A DNA stretch of 64,000 nucleotides, taken from contig OZ024740.1 in assembly GCA_964016885.1 (NCBI GenBank), positions 392,522,001 through 392,586,000 of the forward strand. Reading direction: 5' to 3'. Origin of the DNA: Eledone cirrhosa (Eukaryota). Every line of letters starts with the position of its first letter. The first letter of the stretch is position 1. Shown in pieces: positions 38,901-53,800 of the stretch. The position numbers and the translations under genes were made by a program. The notes beneath the pieces are model-generated. The model was not told where the DNA came from. It saw nothing but the letters and a program-made list of their open reading frames with translations, and did not search any database.

Positions 38901-41773
38901 AATTACAGAAACATTTTTTGGACATTTGATTGCATTAACTAGATCTTCCACCATCCTTAGATTTTCTCTGATTGCTACATTGCTATAAGCAGAATATATC
39001 ATCATCATATTCATCATCATCATTGTTTAACATCTATCTTCCACGCTAGCATGGGTTTAGACGGGAATTGTCCCACTTGAGGCAAGATTGGTTGTCTTGC
39101 TCGTATAGGACTGTCTGGCAGGTTTTCTACAGCTGGATGCCCTTCCTAACACCAACCACATTTACAGTGTGGACTGGGAGGTTTTTACTGTGTTACCTAC
39201 ACAGCCACATTACAGTGTGGACTGTGTTATTTTTGTTGTGACACCTACACGACCTCATTTATTTAGGACTGGATGTTGTGGTACCAACATAACTTTAAGA
39301 GAAAGGGGTGGTGTTGATGGGGGTGGAAGTAGGGGTAGTGGGATGGGGGATGTATTTTTGGTTAAGAGGTGCCTACTGACCGTAGGTTTCACTTTGTACA
39401 TAGGCAAGGCGGGTCTTCTGTATTACTGCGTAGCGCCAAAGATCTTGGTCCAGTGATATTTTCTTGGAGAGGTATAAGTGTGTAAGGTCGGAATTTATCA
39501 AATCATCCCAGATTTTTCTGGGTCTGCCTACTCCATAGCTTCCCTCAATTTTGATCGCCCTGCACTTTTTTATACAGCTGTCGTCTTTCATGCGCATCAC
39601 GTGACCATACCAACGTAGTCTTCTCTCAGGTAAACAGCATCTGATCCCTCTTATTCCTAATTTCTCACTTAGTTCATTTATGCTTTCCCATTCACGTATA
39701 TTACTATTACACATCCAACGGAGCATGCAAGCTTCGTTCCTCTCCAGTCTGTGCAGATCCTCTGCACACAATGCCCATGTCTCACTGCCATGTAACATTG
39801 CTGTTCGTATGCAGGCATTATGCAATCTGCCTTTCATTTTTAGAGAGAAACCTTTAGCGGCCAATAGTGGTATAAGCTCTCTGAACTTTTTCCATCCCGT
39901 TCTGACTCTGGCTACTGTACTTTCAGAGCACCCTCTACCACTGCTGATTTTGTCACCCAGGTAACGGAAGGTGTCCACTATTTCTATAGAACCATCTGGT
40001 CAATGGAAGGAGCTAGTATCCTGTGGGCACTTGCTACTTATTGCACTTGAGCACCGGCCACATATAAAATCTATGTTCTTAGATAGTTTACCTGTGATCC
40101 CACTACATCTTTTATGTACCCATACTTTGCATTTGGGACATAAAATGGAGTTTCTGCCTACTCCTTTCCTACATACTGAGCATGGCCATTTCCCAGAAGG
40201 GATCTGTGCCCTATTTTCCTTCCTACATACTAGAACTTTAGTCTTAGACAAGTTAACTTTAAGGCCTTTTGATTCTAGGCCGTGCTTCCATGTTTGGAAT
40301 TTCTTCTCTGGTTTAGCCATCGATTCAGCTATGAGCGTTAGATCATCTGCATATAGAAATTCCCATGGGCAGCCGGTCTTAAACTCCTCTGTTATAGCCT
40401 GAAGGGCAATAATAAATAGGAGGGGTTTAAGGACAGAGCCCCGATGAACAGCAACTTTTATGCTAAATTCTTCACTAAATTCGTTGTTAATTCTAACCTT
40501 GCTGACTGTTTTTTATACATGGCTTGTATAGCTTTCACAAGCCATTCATCTACACCTAGTTTTCTAAGAGCCCACCAGATAATGGAGCAGGGGACTCTGT
40601 CAAAGGCTTTCTCCAAGTCAACAAAAGCTAAGTATAGGAGTTTACTTTTAGCTAGGTACTTCTCCTGTAGTTGACGTACAATGAAAAGAGCGTCTGTGGT
40701 ACTTTTTCCTGACACAAACCCAAACTGCATTTCATCTAGATTAATTCGCTATTTGATTAGTTGCGCTATAACTCTTTCTGTGACCTTCATGACCTGGTCT
40801 ATTAATTTAATGCCTCTATAGTTTCCCCTATCTAGGGCATCCTTTACCCTTGTAGCAGTTAATGATGCTGCTGCTACGCCAGTCTTTTGGTATGACCCCA
40901 TTCTGTATTACTTGGTTTACTATACGGGTGACCATAGTATGTCCCACCATTCCAGATGCCTTCAACATCTCAGCAACTATCTCCGAAGACCCAGTTGCCT
41001 TGCCTGTCTTCATATCTTTGATTGCCTTACTTATTATACTACCTTCAACTTGCACTGCTGGTCCCTCTATTGGATCGATTTGGGGCAGACTATCTTTTCC
41101 CCATTTATTCTCCTCATTTAGTAGCCTCTCGTAACTATCTCTATTATATAATCTAATCCATTGTAACGTAACACAGATACAAGCCTTCTATGTGTGTTCA
41201 AATATAGTATTTGGATCAATAGAGGATTGATGAATAGTATAGTGGCTTTAACTTATACTGGACACTATCCAAGGATGTGACATGGAGACCGTGAAAAGGC
41301 TAACTGACTGAATTGTTGTTACAATATCAATATCAAAGGGGAAATCATGGCGCCAAAGCAAGTTCATTGCGTGAGAGCTCATCCAAAATATATATTAGCA
41401 TAATAAACGCATGCTTGTATTTTGTTTTAGGAACAAGCCAAGTTGCTTCAGTGAAATCCAAGACAGAATCAGTGAAGAATATAGAAGCAAGTCCTGAACA
41501 ACCACTAAAGTATCTGAATGAGGTGAGGAAAATGATATCATAAAATTTATTCTGTTTATTTATGAGAAAGGTTGATGGTTTGCGAATTGAGTGGTCAAAC
41601 CAGTTTGACTACCCTTTTAATAACAACTAAATTTATAACTTGATAAGTCCCTTGAAAAACAGAAGCACTAGATTTAAATTATGAACATTTCTTTACTATA
41701 ATTTTTTACTCAAGTGATAAACAGCGTTTTATTACTTCTTCTGACAATTATCATTTATTAGTATGTGTGTGTG

Positions 41774-41822
<49 letters not shown>

Positions 41823-44800
41823 TGTTGTTTTAATATTGACATTAGTTGGTTGTAAGTATTGTATTTTATCTGTGCAATCATTGAATTTTGGTGTAACAAG
41901 GCTTAAGCACTCTATGTCAGTTGTACCAGTAAGATTTGGGAATATGTGGATGGAGTATTGGTATATTAATAAATATGAAAACACGGTTTTACTTTTTCAT
42001 ACTTTAATTTATTAAATAATGAACGTTATGTACATTTCAGAGGCTTCAAATGATATTTACCTAAGAATAATATAAGTCAAGCACATCGTTATCAGGCAAT
42101 ATTTCACAAAGTTGGTGATTTGTGCATAAATTGAAGTATAGAAAAATAGAACAGTATTTTCATAATATACATATATATGTTAATAAATATCATCATCATT
42201 ATGCCTGGTGGCATGGGTTGGTTGCTACGTTTTGAGGCAATGTTTTACATCCAGATACGCTTCTTAGCACTAAACCTTTTAGCTACTTCTTACGACATGC
42301 AGGGATATAGTGTATCTATTCTAATCGGGATATATTTCTGTTTCAGTTTAAAACATATCAACAGAATGTTAAGAAGTCTACAGATTCTGAAATAGTCAAC
42401 ATCAGTCACCCAGAGGTTAATATTTTAAAGAAACAGTTGGAAGAAGAAAGAGAGATGATATTTCAACTGAAAAGTAATTCCTCCTCTTTCTCCTGCTTTT
42501 TTCCTACTCTCACACTCCACCTCCCATCACTTTCAATTTGGGCTGGTTCTACATTATTATTTATTTGGCAGTATTTGTAGAGGGTCAGACACCATGCTTT
42601 GTTGCATAGAGTTACGGCCCTTTCCATTCTGAGTTCAAATCCCGCCGAGGTCAACTTTGCCTTTCATCCTTACGGGGTCGATAAAATAAAGTACCAGTAA
42701 TGTACTGGGTAATTGCTGGCCTTGTGCCAAAAGTAGAAACAATTATTTATGAGATATTGCAAGTAACCCCAAAACCATTTCAATTTTGTTTTATGTGTCT
42801 CATTCTGTTCTTCCTTTTTTTAAGACAGTAGATCAGTATTTGGCTACCATTCTAGCATGTTGAGTAGGTCTCATTGACAGAAGTGTATGTATGTGTGGAA
42901 GTTACTAACTTCGTCTTGTGCTTTTTGACAATTGTTGGTCTACATTTTTGAGCTCTGATGGGAAAAGTTAACTGCATTAAACTGACATCTTATCCAGTGG
43001 AATCCTTGTTTCTCATTCAATTAATATCACTGACAACAGAGATAAACATCAGCTCAATGGACTATAGAGGTGATCTATGAAAAACAGAATTCAAATCTTT
43101 TCTTATATTGTTGTTTAGCCCTAAGAGAGAGAGGTTATATGTATACTAGTAGCAATACCCAGTCATGCTCAGGTTCATTAGAACCAAAAATTAGTATAAC
43201 GATATAATTCTCTAAATTTTGGATAAATTGCTTTAAAATGCTGCTGCCTATCTTCCATTGATCTGAGGATACTGATTCACTCAGTTATGTTGTATCCAAG
43301 CCACCTAAAAGATAGTTCAAGTTGAGCTTCATAAAAATTTGCTAAAAGTAAACAAACAAGTATAAAAAGTAAAATAAAATTTTACTATTACACATATTTT
43401 AATTTTCTGAGAAATCATACTTTTTCAAAATGCTGTACTAATTTATGTAATTATTCTATATGAATTTCTGATTTTTTTCTAAATTTTTCCCATATCAGAA
43501 GCTAAAAAGAAAAAAAATCTCAGAAAGAAGTTACATAGCTTATGCCCTTCTCTTTGAAAAAGATCTCTGCTCTCTACAATATTTCAACAACCTAAGACTA
43601 AAACTGTGGCCTACAACTTGAAATATAGATATGTATATATGTACATGCATACCTACATTCATAGAAACATATATACATACATATGTGCTTGCATATATGC
43701 ATGCATGCATACACACACACACACACACATTTATATATTAAGATGTCTTTCTTTATATTCCTATTCTTCTTTCATCAGTTAAAATGACTGACAATGAAAA
43801 CAAATACCAACAGTCTGTTAAACAACTGAACCAACAATTTCATGGTGAAATTGAAGACTTAAGGAAAGCAAATTATATTTTAGCTTCAAAAGTAAGATTT
43901 CATACTTCTATCATTTCACCCAATTTCTTTCTAATTTTTCTATTCTTTGCTAATGTGGGTTGGGTGGTTCTATAAATTGAGATTATTGCTTGTTGTTGAG
44001 CTCCAAGTCAGCACTGATTGAAAAGACTTATGGATTATTGCAGATGTATGTGAAACTGAGTAGACAGAATCTGTTTGAAAGCCTATCAGATGGACTGTAC
44101 CTATAATTAAACAACCCAGCCTTATCACTCACTGTATCATTTTGAATCATCATTTCAAGTCCATTTTTCCATATTTGCATGGGTTGGACAGGTCTTTTGC
44201 AGCACAGCATCCCTCCACTCGTTGTGGTCCTATGTCAACTCCTTTGTGAACATCATTGATTTGTGCTCAGTTCTTACAACCTCTGCCCAGGTCTTCCGTA
44301 GCCACCATCTACTGTAGCTCCCTTCCACTGGGATTTTTTGGTACTTCTTTATACAGCATTCATCATCCATACACATCACATGACTGTACCAGCACAGTCT
44401 TATCTCCTGTGCACTACATCTGATTCCTCTTATGCCTAGCTTTTCTCTTACCTTATTCATGCTTAGCTTTTCAACTGTGAAGTTGAATCTTAATTTGAAA
44501 GAAACACAAATATGTATTTTTCTTGATAATACACTGCAATGACTGTTGTAAGGTTTGGAATTATGACCATGTGATCATTAACTACTATTTAAACTATATT
44601 TTAAAGTTGCTCTAACTGTCACTTTAGATGCAGGTGTCTGCTGGTCTGGGTAATGGAGAAAATGGAAAAAAATTGAATGAGCAGGAAGTTCATTTTCAGA
44701 AAGAATTAGAAGAACACCAGAAACTTTTGGTAGCTTATGATGCTGAGAATAAGCGACTGTACAATGATGCCAAACAGCAAAAAATCTTTCAGAAACAAAC

Positions 44801-47800
44801 TGAAGAGAGAATGTTTTTGGAAAATCAGAAGATATTACGGGAACTCAACACTCTGCGGTTAGTATTTCATTTGTAGTGTAGGAAAGCTGCTTATTTTAAA
44901 GTCTTTATATTTATCTAAAAACCTTCCAACATAATTTCATGTAAGAACATTTGTTAATAATAATAATGAAATTATTGTGCACAGTACTCAGGTGCACAAC
45001 AACCCATCAAAGGTGCATGTATAGTACATTGAATAATATACAAATGTCAGGGAAGTGACTAGTGTATGAGTCATGATATACATGTGTGTGTGTGTATGGA
45101 GGGGGAATATTAGGTGTAGTGTTGGTGAATCTCAGGAAGCACGGAGGTTTTAAAGGATGCAGTGTCTCAACAGCTAACAACTGATGCAGGTAGTTTGTTC
45201 CATGCTTCAGCAACTCTGAGCGTGAAAAAATGTTTCCAAAAGTCATGGGAGCTGTGCTGTTTTCTGACTTTGTTGGCATGCCCACGTGTGTTAAACACAT
45301 GGAAATCAATCAAGTTATGTTCCAAACTCTAGTTTGATAATGAGAATGTTATTTTACTAAGTTCTTGATTATTTTCAAAATTATTTGTAGTATCTTTTAT
45401 AAGAAGTTTATCTTGTTATAAACAAGCACTATGGTAGAAATAGTATCTCTATAATGTAAAATGTGGCAGAACCAGAGGCAGTTTCAGGAAGTTCGGTTTC
45501 AAAATAGTTAATATATTCACAAGTTGCTGTGAACTTGTAAGTGAATAATTTAATGTATGAGAGACAACTCTAAACCAGCCAACACATGTAACCAGTAATA
45601 AGAACCAGGAACAGGAATCAGTAACAAAGCGGATCAAGGCATTTGAAAGATTCCATTTCAAGGCTGAGTACTATGGGTGGTAGATTTAAACTTGCCCGTT
45701 TTAACATTTCCATATAGCTCTCAAGTGTCTTTATCAAACTAGGTATTCCTAGTCTGCAGTACCTGAGACCAGTGGGTTACATCAACTCTGTAAAATTATC
45801 AAGTGTTTCTTATAATTACAGCATCAAGTTCAACATGAAATGAGCCAACTTTTTTTCTAAAGCTCTGTGGGTATTTTGGGTGCAAAGTGTTTAATTTTAG
45901 TTCCATGGTGCGAAGCAGATAAAAGGACACTCACTTCTTAGATAAATGCCTGCCTATTACAGTTGCATTCCCAAAAGGTCTGATAACCAATTTGTTTTCA
46001 TCCGAGTGAGAAGATGTGAGGGAGATTTACATGGCTGCTCAACCTGTCAGAAATAGCAGTCAAGTTTTTCTGAAGTTAAATCCCTACCATCTTGAAAAGA
46101 GAGGAGACATTGTTTAATATAGCCTTAGATACGCAATACTCAAGAAAAGGATGAGATGGCTATGGCTGGATAACCTTTGATCATATGTTTGCTTAGGGGT
46201 AGCTAACCTGGAGTTAAACAACAGCACTTACAACAACTAAAGCAAAGTAGAATGAAATGTTCAGTTCAGAAACAATAAAATGTCTACTGCAGATTTGAAT
46301 TCATGATCCATTAGTAAAAAGTCTGGAATCTTATTTACTCGGCCATTTTGCTTCTACAGTCAAATATGATTTATATTTATTTTTCATTTAGCAATCAGAT
46401 GAATTTAAAACAGGCCAGTATTACAACTGAACCTAAATTGATGCCACAGCCTGATGTTGCATACAATAAGGACATTGCCACTAGTGACAATAACAATAAC
46501 AGAAACAATATCAGTAAGGATGAAATTATCAACAAGTCCACTGCAGAACAGAATCAAGTGAGTTTCTTATATATATATTTTTCATTAGTTGGGTCTCGAG
46601 GAAGGGGCAGCACTTAAGGTTTTCACATGACCTCCTTCAAATCCAGTGAGATTGATACCTCTAACATTTGATTTGAACAGTTTCAAGTCCACAGCTGGAA
46701 GAGTAGGAATTCCAGAAGGCTGATGTTCTGTTCAGAAAGAACTAGGGGTAGTGTTAAGTGGCAAACTTAGGTGGCTTCTCTAGTAAATATAATGTGAGTG
46801 ATGAGATGTGAGTGAGTTGGGAGTGCTGGAGTTGAGAAAGCACAAGACCAGTTAGTTCGAAGGAGCAGTAAAAAGGGGCAGAGAGAGGAGACAGCATATT
46901 TATGGTAGGAGTGAATTGAATAACTTGATGAGTGACTTCATACTAATCAGAATCAGATGAGTGGCCTTACTTTGGGTGCAGCCTATAATGTTTGTGGGTG
47001 TATCAGCAGCACTGTCTCAGATGTGAGACCAACTATTTTCTTTCCTAGTTAATTTTTTTGTTCATCTCTCCATCATTTTTTAGTGGTAGACTTAATGTTA
47101 CCTATTTTAACACCACCACATGGCCCTTGGATATCTTTAGTGGTGTGCATTCTGTTGTAAGCATTGAGGCCAGCTATCTTCCTTGTTTCCCCTACATGGC
47201 TCGGAAGCCCTGAAAAAGGGGTAACGAGCACTGTTTCCACTTATGATTAAATCATACAGAAAAAAAGAAAAGAAAAGAAAATTACAATACTATATAAATT
47301 CTGACTATCTTTTAGCTGGCTACCATCATCTTTGTTATCTGTATTTATAAGGCTTTGTAGTATTTATTTTAGCTCATTACACATTCTGACTTCAATCCCA
47401 CTAAGGTCAACTTAGCCTTTCATCAAAGGTTGATAAAGTAGCAGTCTAGAGTGGTGGATTTGTGAGTCATTAGAGCATTAGCTAGGATGTTTAATATTTG
47501 TTTTGGCCCATAGCATTTTTAGTTGAGATCCTGCTGTGGTCTACTAGGGTGATGGACTTAATCTATTGCTCAGTTTGACATCACACTGTGGTCTACTAGG
47601 GTGATGGACTTAATCTATTGCTCAGTTTGACATCACACTGTGGTCTACTAGGTTGATGGATTTAATCTATTGCTCAGTTTGACATCACACTGTGGTCTAC
47701 TAGGGTGATGGATTTAATCTATTGCTCAGTTTGACATCACACTGTGGTCTACTAGGTTGATGGATTTAATCTATTGCTCAGTTTGACATCACACTGTGGT

Positions 47801-50800
47801 CTACTAGGGTGATGGATTTAATCTATTGCTCAGTTTGACATCACACTGTGGTCTACTAGGGTGATAGACTTAATCTATTGCTCAGTTTGACATCACACTG
47901 GTCTACTAGGGTGATGGATTTAATCTATTGCTCAGTTTGACATCACACTGTGGTCTACTAGGGTGATGGACTTAATCTATTGCTCAGTTTGACATCACAC
48001 TGTGGTCTACTAGGGTGATGGACTTAATCTATTGCTCAGTTTGACATCACACTGTGGTCTACTAGGGTGATGGATTTAATCTATTGCTCAGTTTGACATC
48101 ACACTGTGGCCTACTTGGGTGATAGACTTAATCTATTGCTCAGTTTGACATCACACTGTGGTCTACTAGGGTGATGGACTTAATCTATTGCTCAGTTTGA
48201 CATCACACTGTGGTCTACTAGGTTGATGGATTTAATCTATTGCTCAGTTTGACATCACACTGTGGCCTACTTGGGTGATAGACTTAATCTATTGCTCAGT
48301 TTGACATCACACTGTGGTCTACTAGGGTGATGGACTTAATCTATTGCTCAGTTTGACATCACACTGTGGTCTACTAGGGTGATGGACTTAATCTATTGCT
48401 CAGTTTGACATCACACTGTGGTCTACTAGGGTGATGGATTTAATCTATTGCTCAGTTTGACATCACACTGTGGTCTACTAGGGTGATGGACTTAATCTAT
48501 TGCTCAATTTGACATCACACTGTGGTCTACTAGGGTGATGGATTTAATCTATTGCTCAGTTTGACATCACACTGTGGTCTACTAGGGTGATAGACTTAAT
48601 CTATTGCTCAGTTTGACATCACACTGTGGTCTACTAGGGTGATAGACTTAATCTATTGCTCAGTTTGACATCACACTGTGGTCTACTAGGGTGATGGACT
48701 TAATCTATTGCTCAGTTTGACATCACACTGTGGTCTACTAGGGTGATGGACTTAATCTATTGCTCAGTTTGACATCACACTGTGGTCTACTAGGGTGATG
48801 GATTTAATCTATTGCTCAGTTTGACATCACACTGTGGTCTACTAGGGTGATGGACTTAATCTATTGCTCAATTTGACATCACACTGTGGTCTACTAGGGT
48901 GATGGATTTAATCTATTGCTCAGTTTGACATCACACTGTGGTCTACTAGGGTGATAGACTTAATCTATTGCTCAGTTTGACATCACACTGTGGTCTACTA
49001 GGGTGATAGACTTAATCTATTGCTCAGTTTGACATCACACTGTGGTCTACTTGGGTGATAGACTTAATCTATTGCTCAGTTTGACATCACACTGTGGTCT
49101 ACTAGGGTGATAGACTTAATCTATTGCTCAGTTTGACATCACACTGTGGTCTACTAGGGTGATGGATTTAATCTATTGCTCAGTTTGACATCACACTGTG
49201 GTCTACTTGGGTGATAGACTTAATCTATTGCTCAGTTTGACATCACACTGTGGTCTACTAGGTTGATGGACTTAATCTATTGCTCAGTTTGACATCACAC
49301 TGTGGTCTACTTGGGTGATAGACTTAATCTATTGCTCAGTTTGACATCACACTGTGGTCTACTAGGGTGATGGACTTAATCTATTGCTCAGTTTGACATC
49401 ACACTGTGGTCTACTAGGGTAATGGACTTAATCTATTGCTCAGTTTGACATCACACTGTGGTCTGCTAGGGTGATAGACTTAATCTATTGCTCAGTTTGA
49501 CATCACACTGTGGTCTACTAGGGTGATGGATTTAATCTATTGCTCAGTTTGACATCACACTGTGGCCTACTTGGGTGATGGACTTAATCTATTGCTCAGT
49601 TTGACATCACACTGTGGTCTGCTGCTTGGGTGATGGACTTAATCTATTGCTCAGTTTGACATCACACTGTGGTCTACTAGGGTGATCGACTTAATCTATT
49701 GCTCAGTTTGACATCACACTGTGGTCTACTAGGGTGATGGACTTAATCTATTGCTCAGTTTGACATCACACTGTGGTCTACTAGGGTGATGGACTTAATC
49801 TATTGCTCAGTTTGACATCACACTGTGGTCTACTAGGGTGATGGACTTAATCTATTGCTCAGTTTGACATCACACTGTGGTCTACTAGGGTGATAGACTT
49901 AATCTATTGCTCAGTTTTACATCACACTGTGGTCTACTAGGGTGATAGACTTAATCTATTGCTCAGTTTGACATCACACTGTGGTCTACTAGGGTGATGG
50001 ACTTAATCTATTGCTCAGTTTGACATCACACTGTGGTCTACTAGGGTGATGGACTTAATCTATTGCTCAGTTTGACATCACACTGTGGTCTACTAGGGTG
50101 ATAGACTTAATCTATTGCTCAGTTTGACATCACACTGTGGTCTACTAGGGTGATAGACTTAATCTATTGCTCAGTTTGACATCACACTGTGGTCTACTAG
50201 GGTGATGGACTTAATCTATTGCTCAGTTTGACATCACACTGTGGTCTACTAGGGTGATAGACTTAATCTATTGCTCAGTTTGACATCACACTGTGGTCTA
50301 CTAGGGTGATGGACTTAATCTATTGCTCAGTTTGACATCACACTGTGGTCTACTAGGGTGATGGACTTAATCTATTGCTCAGTTTGACATCACACTGTGG
50401 TCTACTAGGGTGATAGACTTAATCTATTGCTCAGTTTGACATCACACTGTGGTCTACTAGGGTGATAGACTTAATCTATTGCTCAGTTTGACATCACACT
50501 GTGGTCTACTAGGGTGATGGACTTAATCTATTGCTCAGTTTGACATCACACTGTGGTCTACTAGGGTGATGGACTTAATCTATTGCTCAGTTTGACATCA
50601 CACTGTGGTCTACTAGGGTGATGGACTTAATCTATTGCTCAGTTTGACATCACACTGTGGCCTACTTAGGTGATGGACTTAATCTATTGCTCAGTTTGAC
50701 ATCACACTGTGGTCTACTAGGGTGATAGACTTAATCTATTGCTCAGTTTGACATCACACTGTGGTCTACTAGGGTGATAGACTTAATCTATTGCTCAGTT

Positions 50801-53800
50801 TGACATCACACTGTGGCCTACTTAGGTGATGGACTTAATCTATTGCTCAGTTTGACATCACACTGTGGTCTACTAGGGTGATAGACTTAATCTATTGCTC
50901 AGTTTGACATCACACTGTGGTCTGCTGCTTGGGTGATGGACTTAATCTGTTGCTCATTTTAACGCCACCTGGCCCTTAGGTGCCTGTAGTTGAGTTCAAT
51001 CTGCTGTAAACACTCGAGCCAGTAATTTTAATTTGAAGATACCCCACTTCTTTCTCTCCACCTGTCTTGGCCCTGAAAAGGGTCTTAGGCACTGCTTCCT
51101 TTCACTGAATAAATGGTAGAAAAATTCCTTGGCTAACAAACTGTTTTCCTTTTTTTCAAAGTGTCTCATTGATTGTGTAGTCATCATCTTCATTAACTTT
51201 ATGTCTGTTTTTCTTTTATATTGTGGGTTAGATAGGTTTGTAATTCAGTAGCCTTTCATTTGTTTGAATCCTTAATATTTACAATACAAACACCTTACAC
51301 TCAGTTGGTTGTTGTTATTGTTGAGTTACAAGTCAGCTCTGATTAAATAGATCTATGATCAAAGGCATTCTATCCATGATCATCCCATTTTCCTTGAGTA
51401 TTGCATATCTAGGATAATATTGAATATGTCCTTCCCTTTTCAAAATGGCAGGGTGTAGTTTGAAAAAGATTTGGCTTTTATTTCTCGTAGGTCAAGCAAA
51501 CATAGAGGATTCCCTGTTGACTCATAAGGCTCTCCTTTTAACACTATATTAGTTGCTACATTTGAAGACGTTTTTTGGCTGCACTGCCTTGATTGAAGCT
51601 TTGTTAGTAGATGAAAATTAAATCATCACTGTCATTGTTGCTGCTATCAATATTGTAAATGCTACCACCATTACACCTAGCCTCATCATCAGCAAGGTAC
51701 ACTCCTACCTTATATTGTACTATTCCATATACGTATTCTAAGCATCTAAGAACACAGCATTATGTTTGTACAATATTTCCTTACAACCTCCACCTCAAAT
51801 ATAATATTTGGTTTTAATTATCTTATTACTGACTCTACCCTAATCCCATTCAATCAGTTGTTACTTGATCTTCAATTACAATTTGTTTTCCTACAGGTAG
51901 AACTCCATCACTTTAAACAACAGTGCTGCCTTCTTGAACAGACAAATTATGAACTGGAGTCTCAAATAAGTAAATTAGTCCAACAGAAAGAAGAAATGCA
52001 TCAAGTATTAGAAGAAATTAAGAGAGCAAAAGAGGTTGACATGAAGGTAAAACAATGAAGAAGATGGCTGGCGCTATAAATATAATTTTAGGCATTCTAT
52101 TTGTGAGCTCAAAAGATACTACTTCACTGACTGATTGGCTAACATTGTGAATCTAACTTTAGTGTAACTAATGCATTGTTATTTTTATTGGCATTCAACT
52201 ATACCCCACCTCCAAAAAACATAGTTTTGTGATTTTGTTAAAAGTAAGAGTTATTAATATTGTTTTGTTGTTCTTTAATTACAGGCAGTTGAATCCAAAT
52301 TCTTTGATGACATTGAAAGTATGAAGAAGAAACTTCACTGGTATGCATACAATCAACAGCTGTTAGACCAGTCTGTTTCTGTATTGCAGCAAAAAGATAA
52401 GGAGATTGAACAACTAAATCTTAGAATTCAGAAACTGAACTCAGAGGTATTAATGTTTTTTTCTTTAATCTATCTTTTTTAATCTGTAGTGACTAGCGAG
52501 TTACTTCCCTTGTATCGGCACTATCTTAAATATAGGAGAAGCTATTGAGTGAGAAGGGTAGCTGATCTCTCTCTTCCATGCTGGCTGCAATGGAAAGCGG
52601 ACGTACAAATATTCTTCTCCGATTATGACGGCCCGACTTGGCAGGTGTACTCTATTGAATGCCTTCGTTTGGAACCAAAGACTTTGTGACGCCTCGTCTC
52701 CTGCATACACACATATCCTTTCGTTTAGCTCTGTCCATAAAATAATAATTAAGCCATTTCTGTTAATCTGCAAGGTATGTAGGGATTGAATTAACTTTTG
52801 TATAGAGTTTATTAAATGTATCATTTAATAAAGATTTGTTTATTTCGACTGTTAAAGCCCTTCTGAAGTTATTATTTTACATAAGTAAGACGATGTGTTG
52901 TCCGTTCATTGACAATATATCGTTTTTCTTTAAATCTACAAAAAATGGTTAAGAAGACCTTTTAGTCCTGGACATATAGACATCTCTAATGCTGGTGCCA
53001 TGATGAATAACATCCAATATTTTCTTTAATGTAGTTAGCATTAGAAAGCGCACCCAGCTGTAGAAACCATGCTAAAAATAGAAAATATTTTTGAAACATG
53101 GTTCTTTGACGCATCTAGTTTTAATTGATGATAACCCATACAACCCATACATAGAAAGTGGATAGAAAATGATGACGAAGATGATAATGATGACAGCAAT
53201 GACGCTGACAAATCCTCATCTCTTATTGTTTTCTGATTAAAAAAAAAACAGAACTCCAAAGCAATAAAAATCATAATAGAAAAAAATCATTCTCATTTGC
53301 ACTGCTTTTCTTTTTTTCTTGTTATAGACTGGGAAGCGCTTTGAGGAGAACAAGTTGCTTGGAAAAGAAAGACTTGCTAATCAAAAACGTATCATGAATC
53401 TTGAACATCAGGTGAATGGACTTTTGAGAAATTCCTTTTGCTAACTCTGATTCTGTTATAAATTCTGTTCTCTCCAAATACAAAATTTTTCTCATTTTTC
53501 CATTTCATTCCATGAACTTCTTAACCACTTTTTCCCCTATTTATCTCTATTTAATCTGTGTGCATATTAGTATATGTATGTATACATGTACACTTGAATA
53601 CATTTTTATACACTTCTATCTTTCTACCAGTAATCTGTGTATTTCAGAGTATAATGTGGAGACAAGTATTTAGGCTCAGTTAGTGAGTTTTGAAAATCCA
53701 CACTGCCTGTGGCTGTATGGAAAAACAGACATAAAATGCATAGGGCTTAAGTTAAAATATTATAGCCATTATGGCTGGTTTTTGAGCAAGGCACATTACT

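Noticed and set aside
46600-47040. Possible old L2-like LINE 3' end on the minus strand
   Set aside because: Too decayed to recover convincing protein motifs by eye.
47534-50960. CRISPR-like array or coding repeat
   Set aside because: Units are contiguous with no unique spacers, there are no cas genes, the context is a eukaryotic intron, and no long ORF exists in any frame.
47534-50960. Tandem C/D snoRNA or ribozyme array
   Set aside because: The minus strand has only an imperfect C box (GTGATGT) 4 nt from CTGA, and neither strand has a CTGANGA...GAAA core.
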